Of a stretch of 54,736 nucleotides of DNA, positions 1-8,621 are shown piece by piece. The position numbers and the translations under genes were made by a program. This stretch comes from Candidatus Gottesmanbacteria bacterium GW2011_GWC1_43_10 (GTDB lineage Bacteria; Patescibacteriota; Microgenomatia; UBA10105): assembly GCA_000995415.1 (NCBI GenBank), contig LCEX01000016.1, forward strand, positions 1 to 54,736, read 5' to 3'. Positions within the stretch are counted from its first letter, which is position 1. Each line of letters opens with the position of its first letter. Below the pieces are notes generated by a model. That model had not been told where the DNA came from. It worked only from the letters and a program-made list of their open reading frames with translations, and did not search any database.

Positions 1-255
1 TTCGGCGCGATTCCCGGTCCCTGGGATGTATGGCTTGTCATCCGAGGAATCAAAACATTGAAGGTCCGGCTTGATGCGCAGCAGAAATCCGCGCAGAAAC
101 TTTCAGAATGGCTTTTGACCCATGCAAATGTAACCGATGTTTTCTATCCGGGCCTCGACGGCCATCCCGGGAGGGAAATAAACGAACGGCAGGCTGACGG
201 CGCCGGCGCGGTGCTTTCATTCCGGACCCGGTCTGCCGCTCAAGCGGCCGCTTAG
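1..255 (+). pseudogene. 3'-truncated fragment of PLP-dependent trans-sulfuration enzyme (cystathionine gamma-synthase/lyase family)
   Basis: Frame 1 reads FGAIPGPWDVWLVIRGIKTLKVRL...VFYPGLDGHPGREINERQADGAGAVLSF (RGxKTL and YPGLxxHP motifs) and stops well before the normal C-terminus; visibly more GC-rich than what follows. Confidence 0.8.
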
Positions 256-339
256 AGAAATCGTTTTAAAAAATAATGCTGTTTTGAAAAATACCCAACC
301 TAGCTTCTCACTCGCCCGAAGGGCGAGAAAACCCCGCGC

Positions 340-473
340 GCAAAAAATAGTGGAGGCGCGGCGCCTGCCTGCCGGAAGGCAGGCAAGGCTAACACATTGA
401 AGTTAGACATTTTTTGTAAACGGCCAGCTGCGTATTCCTTATGTGTCAAGCTATCCCACACCCGGTGTGGGTA
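340..473 (+). repeat. Array-head repeat copy 1, ending in CAC-N7-GTG site at 457-473
   Basis: gctaacacattgaagttagacattttttgtaaacggccagc..gtgtcaag aligns with 6873-6984 and 4505-4577; ends in cccac-acccggt-gtgggta. Confidence 0.65.
364..383. repeat. 20-bp CCTGCCTGCCGGCAGGCAGG-family palindrome
   Basis: cctgcctgccggaaggcagg, one mismatch to the perfect copy at 3829-3848. Confidence 0.85.
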
Positions 474-505
474 TATCAGAAGTTGAAGTGATTGCCAAAT
501 AGGTT

Positions 506-1405
506 ATGAACACCAAAAATCAAGACTTTTATCTTCAATTTAGTCAGTATACTAATCCTGGGTTATATGGAGATGTTATCAGAAAAACCTTACATGATGA
601 TGTTAGAAAAATTGGCTTACTGGTAAGAAAACAGCTTATTCACAGGATGATTTTGAAGAATAGCAATACGGGGTCAAATAAGGATTTGAAATATGGCGAC
701 ATGACCAAAGTCCCTTGGTATAGGCAGCCAGAGGATGATGTTTTTATCACTGCCTCAGCCATGTTTTCAGAATTATATCGTAGAGATTCCAAAGGACTTA
801 CTTTGGATAGAGCAGCCAAAGATAAACTTGTTCTCACTTGCAGGTTCACATCAATCCTTATAGCTTCGATTTTGAAAATAAAAGGCGTTCCAACTCGTGT
901 CCGTTCTGGTTTTGCCCCATATTTCAAGGTTGAGGGATTACCTTGTGGTAAGAGTGACGATCATTGGATTAACCTGTATTGGAATAAGAAGGAATCACGC
1001 TGGGTAACGATCGATGTCGATGGTAGTTTAGAGGATTACCTCAGATTTGATCCTTACGATATTCCTGAAGGCACTTTTGATTTTTCTGCCGATGGTTGGC
1101 TTTCAGTGAGAAGTGGTAAGGTCGATGGACAGCATTTTTGGAATAGTGGAGGCAATGGTGGCTTAATCGTTATTGCTTGGGAGCTGTTCTATGACTTCCA
1201 CTGCCTGATGAATGATGAGGTTATTTACTTTCACACTCCAGAAATAACTCACTCTGGAAAGTTTGAGAAACTTCCCGAAGAGCAATTAGCAGAAATTGAT
1301 AGTCTTGCAAAGTTAATGCAGAAGCCTGATAAGAATTTTGAAGAGTTGCAGAAGATTTGGAATACCAAAAAAGAGTTTAGACTACTGAAAGGCGGTCTAC
1401 TTTAA
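506..1405 (+). CDS. Transglutaminase-like (Cys-His-Asp) protein
   Basis: LTCRF, RVRSGFAPYF, DDHW and TIDVD motifs. Confidence 0.75.
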   Translation: MNTKNQDFYLQFSQYTNPGLYGDVIRKTLHDDVRKIGLLVRKQLIHRMILKNSNTGSNKDLKYGDMTKVPWYRQPEDDVFITASAMFSELYRRDSKGLTLDRAAKDKLVLTCRFTSILIASILKIKGVPTRVRSGFAPYFKVEGLPCGKSDDHWINLYWNKKESRWVTIDVDGSLEDYLRFDPYDIPEGTFDFSADGWLSVRSGKVDGQHFWNSGGNGGLIVIAWELFYDFHCLMNDEVIYFHTPEITHSGKFEKLPEEQLAEIDSLAKLMQKPDKNFEELQKIWNTKKEFRLLKGGLL

Positions 1406-1427
1406 TTATTATAAGTAAGTTTTATGA

Positions 1428-1494
1428 GTACACATCGGAAGTGGACTAGCTTGACACATCGGGATTTCCTTAGTATTCACACTCTGTGGGGCAT
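1428..1494 (+). repeat. Inter-cassette spacer with CAC-N7-GTG sites (1431, 1478)
   Basis: tacacatcggaagtggactagcttgacacatcgggattt is identical to about 4959-4997. Confidence 0.8.
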
Positions 1495-1495
1495 A

Positions 1496-1545
1496 CGGCA
1501 ATATTCGGCAAGATTTGGCAACATTCGGCAAGATTTGGTAATATT
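1496..1545 (+). repeat. Five tandem 10-bp repeats (YGGCAANATT) directly upstream of the Fic gene
   Basis: cggcaatatt cggcaagatt tggcaacatt cggcaagatt tggtaatatt. Confidence 0.9.
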
Positions 1546-1550
1546 ACTTC

Positions 1551-2531
1551 ATGCAAATTCCCCCGAAGTATTATCTGACATCCGAAATCATTGATTTGTT
1601 GACCAAAATCGAAGCCAACCGCTTGCATATAAATTCTTTACAAATTTCTGGTCCGATTAGGAATCGGATTGAGCGGGTAAGTCTTTTAAAAAGCTCGCTT
1701 TTTTCAGCCAGAATTGAAGGCAATCCGTTGACCCTGGATGAGATTGAGACCACTACTGACGACGTGCGAAAGAAGGAAGTAAAAAATATCTTGCGCGCCA
1801 TCACATATATCAACACACAGATTAAACCCGGTGATACTATCACATCAAAAACACTGCAACAAGTTCATAGACTTGTGATCGAGAGTTTGAGTCCTAAAGC
1901 AGGCAGATGGAGAAGTGAAGTCAGTGGGATATTTAATCAGGTAGGTGTCGCTGTTTATTTACCTCCGCCACCGGCAGAAGTTTCCGATTTGGTGAATAGC
2001 TTAGTTGACTTCGTAAATTCCAAAAAAGAAGCAAATAGTTTAGTTTGTGCTTTGATTGCACATTTGGTATTTGAAAAAATTCATCCGTTCTTGGACGGAA
2101 ATGGTCGGGTGGGACGCTTACTGATGCTGGTAATCAACCACAGTCGCGACTGGACATTTCCGGTTTTGGTGCCGGTAGAAGAATACATTGATGAGCATAA
2201 GGAGGGATATTATTATCATTTGGATAGAGGATATCAAGATATCGCCGGATATCTGACCTATATGTTGGAGGCATTTTTGGCTTCAACTGAAAGACTAAGA
2301 ATAGAGATTACCGAATTGATTAATAAAACTCCATTACCTGTTTCGCCGCGGCAGGAAGAAATTTATCAGATAGTCAAAGATAATAGGACTACTTCATTTG
2401 ATTTTATAAGGCGCCGCTTTCTCAAAGTGCCTGAAAGGACGCTTCGCTATGATCTCAAAAAACTTATTGATAAAAAATTGCTACGGAAGATAGGCCAAAC
2501 TCGCGGTACATATTATCAAGTGATAGAATAA
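1551..2531 (+). CDS. Fic-domain protein with C-terminal winged HTH
   Basis: HPFLDGNGRVGR Fic motif; SSxxSARIEGN; C-terminal PERTLRYDLKKL HTH. Confidence 0.92.
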   Translation: MQIPPKYYLTSEIIDLLTKIEANRLHINSLQISGPIRNRIERVSLLKSSLFSARIEGNPLTLDEIETTTDDVRKKEVKNILRAITYINTQIKPGDTITSKTLQQVHRLVIESLSPKAGRWRSEVSGIFNQVGVAVYLPPPPAEVSDLVNSLVDFVNSKKEANSLVCALIAHLVFEKIHPFLDGNGRVGRLLMLVINHSRDWTFPVLVPVEEYIDEHKEGYYYHLDRGYQDIAGYLTYMLEAFLASTERLRIEITELINKTPLPVSPRQEEIYQIVKDNRTTSFDFIRRRFLKVPERTLRYDLKKLIDKKLLRKIGQTRGTYYQVIE

Positions 2532-2602
2532 ATTTATTTCCTGAGTAATTACTCACATCCGACGGGGGTAAGCCTTTTTGTTTTAGATTGTTGGAATAAT
2601 TT

Positions 2603-3760
2603 ATGCACAAAAACATCAAATTACTTGCGCTATTCAATTTCTTTACAGATTTTCATTTGTTCAGCGCAATATTAATTATCTATTTTGCCCAGGTAACAGG
2701 TTCATACGCGCTGGGAATGAGTTTATTTTCTGTCGCCATGGTTTCTTCTGCATTATTTGAAGTCCCAACTGGTGTTTTCTCTGACTATATGGGCAGGAAG
2801 AAAACAATGATGATAGGGGCAGTTTGTGCTGTTTTAGCAATTGCTTTTTATGCCATTGGGGTAAACTATTGGATTTTATTTATTGGCGCATTATTCGAAG
2901 GATTACAGCGGGCTTGGTATAGTGGTAACAACGATGCTTTGCTTTATGAAACACTGTCAAACTCAAACAGCAAAGACGACTACGACCATTATTTAGGAAA
3001 GACAAGTGCAATGTTTCAAGTGGCAGCGGCGGTTGGTATTATTGTTGGAGGATTCATTGCTGTTTGGTCATTCCCGCTAGTGATGTGGCTTTCTGTGGTT
3101 CCCCAAGTCATTTGTTTAATCATTTCGTTGTTGATAATTGAACCAGTAAGAAATAGTAATCAAAGTTCCAACATCTACACGCATTTAATAGCAGCTGCCA
3201 AAAAGATATGGATGAATAAAAAGTTAAGATTGTTAAATATCAGTAGTATCATCAGTTATGCAATCGGTGAATCAACCTATCAATTTAGAGCTGCTTTTGT
3301 TAATACACTTTGGCCTCTTTGGGCTGTCGGTTTTTCACAGATTCTTTCAAGCATAGGTGCAGCAATAAGTTATTGGTATAGCGGTAAATTAATAAAAAAA
3401 GTTGGAGCATTTCGCTTACTGTTAATTTCAAATATTTACAGCAAAGTAATTAATATTGGTTCTGTAGCTATGGCAACAGTGGGTTCTCCTGTTCTTTTAT
3501 CGTCTACATCGCTTTTTCATGGTGCTAACGATGTAGCCAACAGTAAATTAATGCAAAAAGAATTCACTGATGAACAAAGAGCTACTCTTGGTTCGATAAA
3601 TTCATTTATGGGTAACTTGGCATTTGGTTTTTTAGCGGTTGTTCTTGGGATCTTTGCCGATAAATTTGGACCAGCAAAAGCACTTCTTTTCGCTTATATT
3701 TTTTCTCTACCAACGCTACTGATTAACTGGGTTTTATTTAAGGAAAACAAAAACGAATAA
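2603..3760 (+). CDS. MFS transporter
   Basis: About 12 hydrophobic segments; EVPTGVFSDYMGRKKT motif A. Confidence 0.9.
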   Translation: MHKNIKLLALFNFFTDFHLFSAILIIYFAQVTGSYALGMSLFSVAMVSSALFEVPTGVFSDYMGRKKTMMIGAVCAVLAIAFYAIGVNYWILFIGALFEGLQRAWYSGNNDALLYETLSNSNSKDDYDHYLGKTSAMFQVAAAVGIIVGGFIAVWSFPLVMWLSVVPQVICLIISLLIIEPVRNSNQSSNIYTHLIAAAKKIWMNKKLRLLNISSIISYAIGESTYQFRAAFVNTLWPLWAVGFSQILSSIGAAISYWYSGKLIKKVGAFRLLLISNIYSKVINIGSVAMATVGSPVLLSSTSLFHGANDVANSKLMQKEFTDEQRATLGSINSFMGNLAFGFLAVVLGIFADKFGPAKALLFAYIFSLPTLLINWVLFKENKNE

Positions 3761-3765
3761 TAAAT

Positions 3766-3885
3766 ACACATCGGGATTTTTTGGCTATATCCATTAAGAA
3801 ATCTAAGTATCAGGAAACAGGTGGCGTACCTGCCTGCCGGCAGGCAGGTCTATTCCACCTAACAGGTGGGAGTACAGGTGGGAGT
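3766..3885 (+). repeat. ~87-bp direct repeat copy A, carrying a 20-bp palindrome insert (3829-3848) and a 12-bp tandem duplication (3862-3885)
   Basis: Near-identical to 4984-5070 apart from the cctgcctgccggcaggcagg insert; acaggtgggagt x2. Confidence 0.92.
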
Positions 3886-3894
3886 ACAAACCAC

Positions 3895-4110
3895 TTATTT
3901 CAGTTTTAAAAATTCTTCTTCTGTAGATTCAGCTTGTTTAATAATACCTTTGAGAAGTCCTTTTTTTAGGTCTTTTGCATGTATCGGAATAGGAATAATA
4001 TGTTTCCTTTGAGGGTTGTACATGATAAGGTGACTGCCAGTTTGACGTTTTTCTTCAAAACCAAGCTTTTTGAGGATTTTTACCACCTCTTTTGCTTTAA
4101 ATGCTGGCAT
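3895..4110 (-). CDS. hicA: HicA family toxin (mRNA interferase)
   Basis: LKKLGF..RQTGSH..IPIH..GLLKGIIKQA; ATG at 4110 overlaps the hicB end. Confidence 0.92.
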   Translation of the reverse strand: MPAFKAKEVVKILKKLGFEEKRQTGSHLIMYNPQRKHIIPIPIHAKDLKKGLLKGIIKQAESTEEEFLKLK

Positions 4111-4369
4111 AGGAGATTGATGGGTTATCAACTGTCACTTTCGTAATAATCACATCAGATTTCTCTTCTGGAATTTCCTTGCCTTCTTGGTTTAACACTT
4201 CCAAATATCCCTGTAAGGCATCTTTGATCATTGCAACAGCTTCTTCAAACGTATCGCCTTCAGAAATACAGCCAGGAAGAGTTGGAATACTCACGGTGTA
4301 CCCGCCTTCTTCGGCAGGCTCAAAAATAGCTGTATATTCTAAAATTTTCTTAGCTAGTGATTTATTCAT
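4097..4369 (-). CDS. hicB: HicB family antitoxin
   Basis: EEGGYTVSIPTLPGCISEGDTFEEA signature. Confidence 0.93.
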   Translation of the reverse strand: MNKSLAKKILEYTAIFEPAEEGGYTVSIPTLPGCISEGDTFEEAVAMIKDALQGYLEVLNQEGKEIPEEKSDVIITKVTVDNPSISYASI

Positions 4370-4504
4370 ATCAAATGGATTATATCATGGTTAGGAAAGT
4401 TGGATATTTGTTGTACAATGTCAGGGTATTTGTAACTTTTGAACTAGTGGAAGTTTGGAAAAAATAAAATCGTTCTTGTGAGGTGTGTCATAAAATCCTA
4501 ATTT

Positions 4505-4577
4505 TGTTAATGTCCGCCAGCTTCGAGTTTCTCAAAAAAAGAATAGGTGTCAAGTTAGACCACCCGGCGGGTGGATA
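4505..4577 (+). repeat. Array-head repeat partial copy ending in CAC-N7-GTG site at 4561
   Basis: gccagcttcgagtttctcaaaaaaagaataggtgtcaag..cac-ccggcgg-gtggata. Confidence 0.6.
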
Positions 4578-4613
4578 AAATCAATACCTTGCAGGATCGA
4601 GTATAATAAAATC

Positions 4614-4862
4614 GTGTCAAAAATTACTGTTGTTGATAGAATCGTCTACGGCATCTTGTCCTTAATTCTTAGTGTAATTGTAGCTACATACACTATACCT
4701 TTATTATTTCCGAGCAGAGACATATTTCAGTGTGGATCTCCAATCATGGGACAAGTATGTATGTTTGGATTATTGTCCTTATTCGCTTGGCCAGTTGTTA
4801 TTATTCTATTGTGGATCTTCGCCTACAAAAAGATAATGAACTTTAAACGAAACAGAAAATAG
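4614..4862 (+). CDS. Small two-TM membrane protein with Cys pair
   Basis: Two hydrophobic helices flanking a C-x7-C loop; basic C-terminus. Confidence 0.6.
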   Translation: MSKITVVDRIVYGILSLILSVIVATYTIPLLFPSRDIFQCGSPIMGQVCMFGLLSLFAWPVVIILLWIFAYKKIMNFKRNRK

Positions 4863-4958
4863 CACTGATTGACGCAAGTTATAAGGATAAAAAGGTCCTA
4901 GACTCTACTACTCAGTCAAGACGGGCATCCCGGAGTGACCGAAGTTAAATACACCAAA

Positions 4959-5070
4959 TACACATCGGAAGTGGACTAGCTTGACACATCGGGATTTTTG
5001 GCTATAGCCATTAAGAAATCTAAGTATCAGGAAACAGGTGGCGTATCTATTCCACCTAACAGGTGGGAGT
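4959..5070 (+). repeat. Composite spacer: copy of 1429-1467 fused to direct repeat copy B (empty site)
   Basis: Identity to 1429-1467 and to 3766-3873; CAC-N7-GTG at 4961 and 5053. Confidence 0.92.
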
Positions 5071-5133
5071 TTCATTTTCAAGCATAAAATAAACTGTGAA
5101 TATTATCTAATATTATTATTCAGAGGAGGTATT

Positions 5134-5965
5134 ATGATTATTGACGAAAACACACAAATAATCGGCAGATTTCATAAACAAGCTAGTTCAAGGGGTTTAA
5201 ACATATATAACCCGCTCTTTCAAGAAAAAGGGATTAACGCTGTATATCTGCTTTTTTACGATCCTGATCCTAAGGTGTTAATGACGGGATATAGGGCTCT
5301 TAAACTTTCGGGAGCTATTACCGCCGGTTTTGAATCAGACCCGATGTTACCAGGTTTAGTAGATGATTTAGATGAAGTAGCAAAATTTATTGGTAGAATT
5401 GGTTACATTTCTAATGTAAAAGGGAAAGTGGTTGGACATGCTCAAGGAGGTCAAGGGATGCTAAGGACAATAAAACATATCGTTGACCCAGCCCACAAAA
5501 AAAATTATTATTGTAGGAGCTGGCAATGTTGCAAAAGCACTCCTTTTTGAAATAAATAAAGCAAAAATAGGGTGTGAAGTAGAAATATACAACAGGACTT
5601 TAGTAAAGGCAGAAGCGTTAAAAGATACATTTAATTTTGTTAAAACAGTCAAATCCTTAAGCAACATTTCAGAAGCACAGGGAGATGTTTTTGTTAACTT
5701 GACTCACATTGGTGGTCGAGTGACCAATGAAATTTTTCCAGAAGTAGTTATAAATAGATTTGAACATGTAGTAGATGTGACTTTTGAAAACGAACAGACA
5801 GATTTAATCAAAAAGTCACTAAAGTTAGGAAAGAAAATTGCTACTGGGTGGGATATGTTTGCGTATCAAGCACAGGTTTGTATAGAGGGTATTTTGAATA
5901 AAACGGTGGAATATGACGTTTTGAAAAAACATGTGGTGGCTGGGTTATCTGAAACAATAAAGTAA
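5134..5965 (+). pseudogene. Shikimate dehydrogenase (AroE)-like gene frameshifted at A8 tract
   Basis: RBS gaggaggt, ATG 5134; removing one A at 5497-5504 joins the N-domain to IIIVGAGNVAKA, YNRT and TGWDMFAYQA. Confidence 0.8.
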
Positions 5966-6045
5966 TTTAAATAAACATTAGATGTCTGACACTGGGTGTG
6001 AGTAAAATGTTGTAAACACCGTTAAATACTAACACAAATAACTAA

Positions 6046-6873
6046 ATGGAAGAAACAACAAAAATCGCAATTTTTAAAGGCCAAAAAATAAGAAAAACCA
6101 TTTATCACAATGAATGGTGGTTTGTAGTAGAGGACGTTGTTTTATCACTCATAGATTCAAATGATCCGAAACAGTATATTCAAAGGATGAAATTTCGAGA
6201 TTCAGAATTGTCCAAAGGGTGGGTACAAATTGTACATACCCTTTCCATTGAAACCACTGGAGGTAAACAGCAAATGAACTGCGCTAATACCGAAGGGATT
6301 TTTAGAATTATCCAATCTATTCCCTCTCCAAAAGCTGAACCTTTTAAGCGCTGGCTTGCCCGAGTCGGTTATGAAAGAATTCAGGAAATAGAAGACCCGG
6401 AGTTAGCTACTAAAAGAACCAGGGTTTTGTATAAAGCTAAAGGATACTCTGATGACTGGATTGAGAAACGGATGCGTGGGATTGCAATTCGCGAAGAATT
6501 AACCGACGAATGGAAAAAACGGAAAGTTGGTGGCGATTTGGAATATGCTATCCTCACTGCTGAAATTTCAGAAGCCACTTTTGGTATGACGCCATCAGAA
6601 TACAAGAAGTTCAAGCGCCTCAAAAGAGAAAATCTACGTGATCACATGGATGATCTCGAACTTATCTTCACTATGCTCGGCGAAGCTTCAACTACGAGAA
6701 TTACCAGAGCTAAAAATACACGAGGATTTCCCCAAAACAAGCAAACTGCCAGGCAAGGCGGAGCTATAGCCGGAAATGCACGTCGGGAACTCGAAAGAAA
6801 ATCTGGACAAAAAGTTTCTACTTCACAAAATTATCTCAAAACTCCACAAGACAAAACGCTTTTGAAAAAGTAA
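6046..6873 (+). CDS. BRO-N domain protein (phage antirepressor-like / DinD-like)
   Basis: EWWFVVEDVV, IQSIPSPKAEPFKRWLA and NLRDHM motifs. Confidence 0.88.
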   Translation: MEETTKIAIFKGQKIRKTIYHNEWWFVVEDVVLSLIDSNDPKQYIQRMKFRDSELSKGWVQIVHTLSIETTGGKQQMNCANTEGIFRIIQSIPSPKAEPFKRWLARVGYERIQEIEDPELATKRTRVLYKAKGYSDDWIEKRMRGIAIREELTDEWKKRKVGGDLEYAILTAEISEATFGMTPSEYKKFKRLKRENLRDHMDDLELIFTMLGEASTTRITRAKNTRGFPQNKQTARQGGAIAGNARRELERKSGQKVSTSQNYLKTPQDKTLLKK

Positions 6874-6984
6874 ATAATGGCGGGGAAGCTAATACATGGA
6901 CGTTCGACATTTTCGAGAAACGGCTAGCCTTGAGTTTTTATAAAAAAGAACAGGGGGGCAAGTCAAATCACCCGAGTTTGAATA
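6873..6984 (+). repeat. Array-head repeat copy with degenerate terminal site
   Basis: gctaatacatggacgttcgacattttcgagaaacggctagc aligns with 388-428; tcaaaaaaagaataggtg motif recurs at about 7079-7096. Confidence 0.6.
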
Positions 6985-7116
6985 TAGAAAAATTACGAAA
7001 TGCAAAAGGTGTATATACCGTTCGTCTTAAGTAATTTCCGTCAATTGGGATGCCTTGGATTTTTATGAAGATGGATTTTCAAAAAAAGAATAGGTGGTAA
7101 GTCCTAAAATAGATTT

Positions 7117-7640
7117 ATGAATAATACCCAATCGTTATGGACTATTCTTCGCGAAGTAAGCGGTTACGCAGGCGTTGGCCATTGTTGGGTTTGGACTAGT
7201 TTAGCAACTGAAACATTAATGCGGGGGGGTATAAAGTTGCCCCATATGGAGCACGCTTAATCACTGGGGATGGAGGAACAGATATCCAAAATTTTATAAA
7301 AATGAAAGTGCCCGAAGGAAACGTCCTAAAGGTTAAAGGACGGGATATTATATTAGCGATAGAATCATATAATAATCGATCTGATCGTAGATATATTGTT
7401 GAGATGCCAAATGGAATTAATAATAAGGCAGAATTTATTGGTTATATACCAGGTAGAAAAGGAGAAGAAGCTATTTTAGATGGTACAGCTGATCAAATGT
7501 TTGCTGTAGGCAATATACCGCGAGGCTTAGAGGAAGGTTTTTATGGAAGCCTTACATTTGTTCCACATGAACTTACTCAGGTATATAGAAACGCTATTCC
7601 ATGGGGGGTAAGTGAAGATAGGGAGAGACGGAATATTTGA
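7117..7640 (+). pseudogene. Hypothetical protein split by frameshift at G7 tract
   Basis: ATG 7117 ORF MNNTQSLW..GHCWVWT..MRGG joins the open frame YKVAPYG..MKVPEG (7230-7640) if G7 at 7223-7229 is G8. Confidence 0.6.
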
Positions 7641-7750
7641 GATTGTAAAGGCGGTTTATATATTTCACTCGTCGGGTAGGTATTTTACAAGTGTATAGTC
7701 CTGCCCATAGTAGGTATCTTAAATATAGTAAGTGGTAATAAGATTTGATT

Positions 7751-8455
7751 TCAGCGAAACCTGACTACGATTGTAGCTATGGTGGCCAGGGCATAGGCAA
7801 CCGTACTGTAGAGGATGTAGGGATGTTTTCTTAACCGGCTTTTAACTTTTATCAAAAATCCAATCGAAATAAAAGCTAAGATTGTCGAAAACAAAAGGCC
7901 AATAAGGACCTTATCAAAAGCAGCATAAGCAAACCAAGTGAAAGCATAGACCAAGCTATTTGCCAGCAAAATCGTTAGGTCTTGATTGTCAAAATGTTCC
8001 AAGGGTTGAATGACAGCAAAACTCATCAGGGAAACATTCAGGAAAACTCCGCCGACAAAAAAGATGATATTGCCGGCATAGAAATCGTTAATAAACAATC
8101 CGCCACACAAATTGCCAATAATATTATTTATAGTGCAGTATTGATTGAGAGTAAAACTAGCCACTTCATGCCAGCCTTCGCCAGCTCCATAAAGATAGGT
8201 TCCTACAATAAAAAGTATCAGAAGTAATTTACTACGATGATCTTTTAGTTTCTGAAAGTTATTGGTGTGTAATCTAAGAATAAAAAAAGATAAAATGACG
8301 GTTGCGGGTAGAAAAATGACTGTTTGATTGATCTCATGTAGCCTGATGAAGTCGTATGGCTGCAGCAGCAATTTGGTGGTCGGGGAGAGTCTTTCGATTA
8401 TTATCACGAGCGCAGTTAGAGAATAAAGAGTAAGCAGCAAGTTAAGGCGTTTCAT
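7751..8455 (-). CDS. Multi-pass membrane protein, hypothetical
   Basis: About 7 TM segments; conserved-looking RLHE and GEGWHE. Confidence 0.75.
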   Translation of the reverse strand: MKRLNLLLTLYSLTALVIIIERLSPTTKLLLQPYDFIRLHEINQTVIFLPATVILSFFILRLHTNNFQKLKDHRSKLLLILFIVGTYLYGAGEGWHEVASFTLNQYCTINNIIGNLCGGLFINDFYAGNIIFFVGGVFLNVSLMSFAVIQPLEHFDNQDLTILLANSLVYAFTWFAYAAFDKVLIGLLFSTILAFISIGFLIKVKSRLRKHPYILYSTVAYALATIATIVVRFR

Positions 8456-8594
8456 AACTATATAATATAATAAGTTTGAGTGATGTTGAAATAACGAATC
8501 ACTTATTATGAAAATTCATGTCGGTCAAAAAACAAAACAAAAATATCCTACACAGAGTGTGAGTATTACCGGAGGGTGGCGTTGGCTAAAATTT

Positions 8595-8610
8595 TGTGAT
8601 ATAAATCACT
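8595..8610. promoter_or_regulatory. CRP-type box
   Basis: TGTGA-tataaa-TCACT in AT-rich flanks, 11 bp upstream of probable ATG 8622. Confidence 0.6.
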
Positions 8611-8621
8611 TTTACAAAGCT

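Noticed and set aside
244-251. NotI site at the junction as a cloning-vector scar
   Set aside because: Left side is coding sequence rather than vector, and another gcggccgc occurs at about 29229; not diagnostic
340-8600. Classical integron with attC sites, or a CRISPR array
   Set aside because: No intI, no RYYYAAC..GTTRRRY hairpins after each gene, and no constant repeats with 30-40 bp spacers or cas genes
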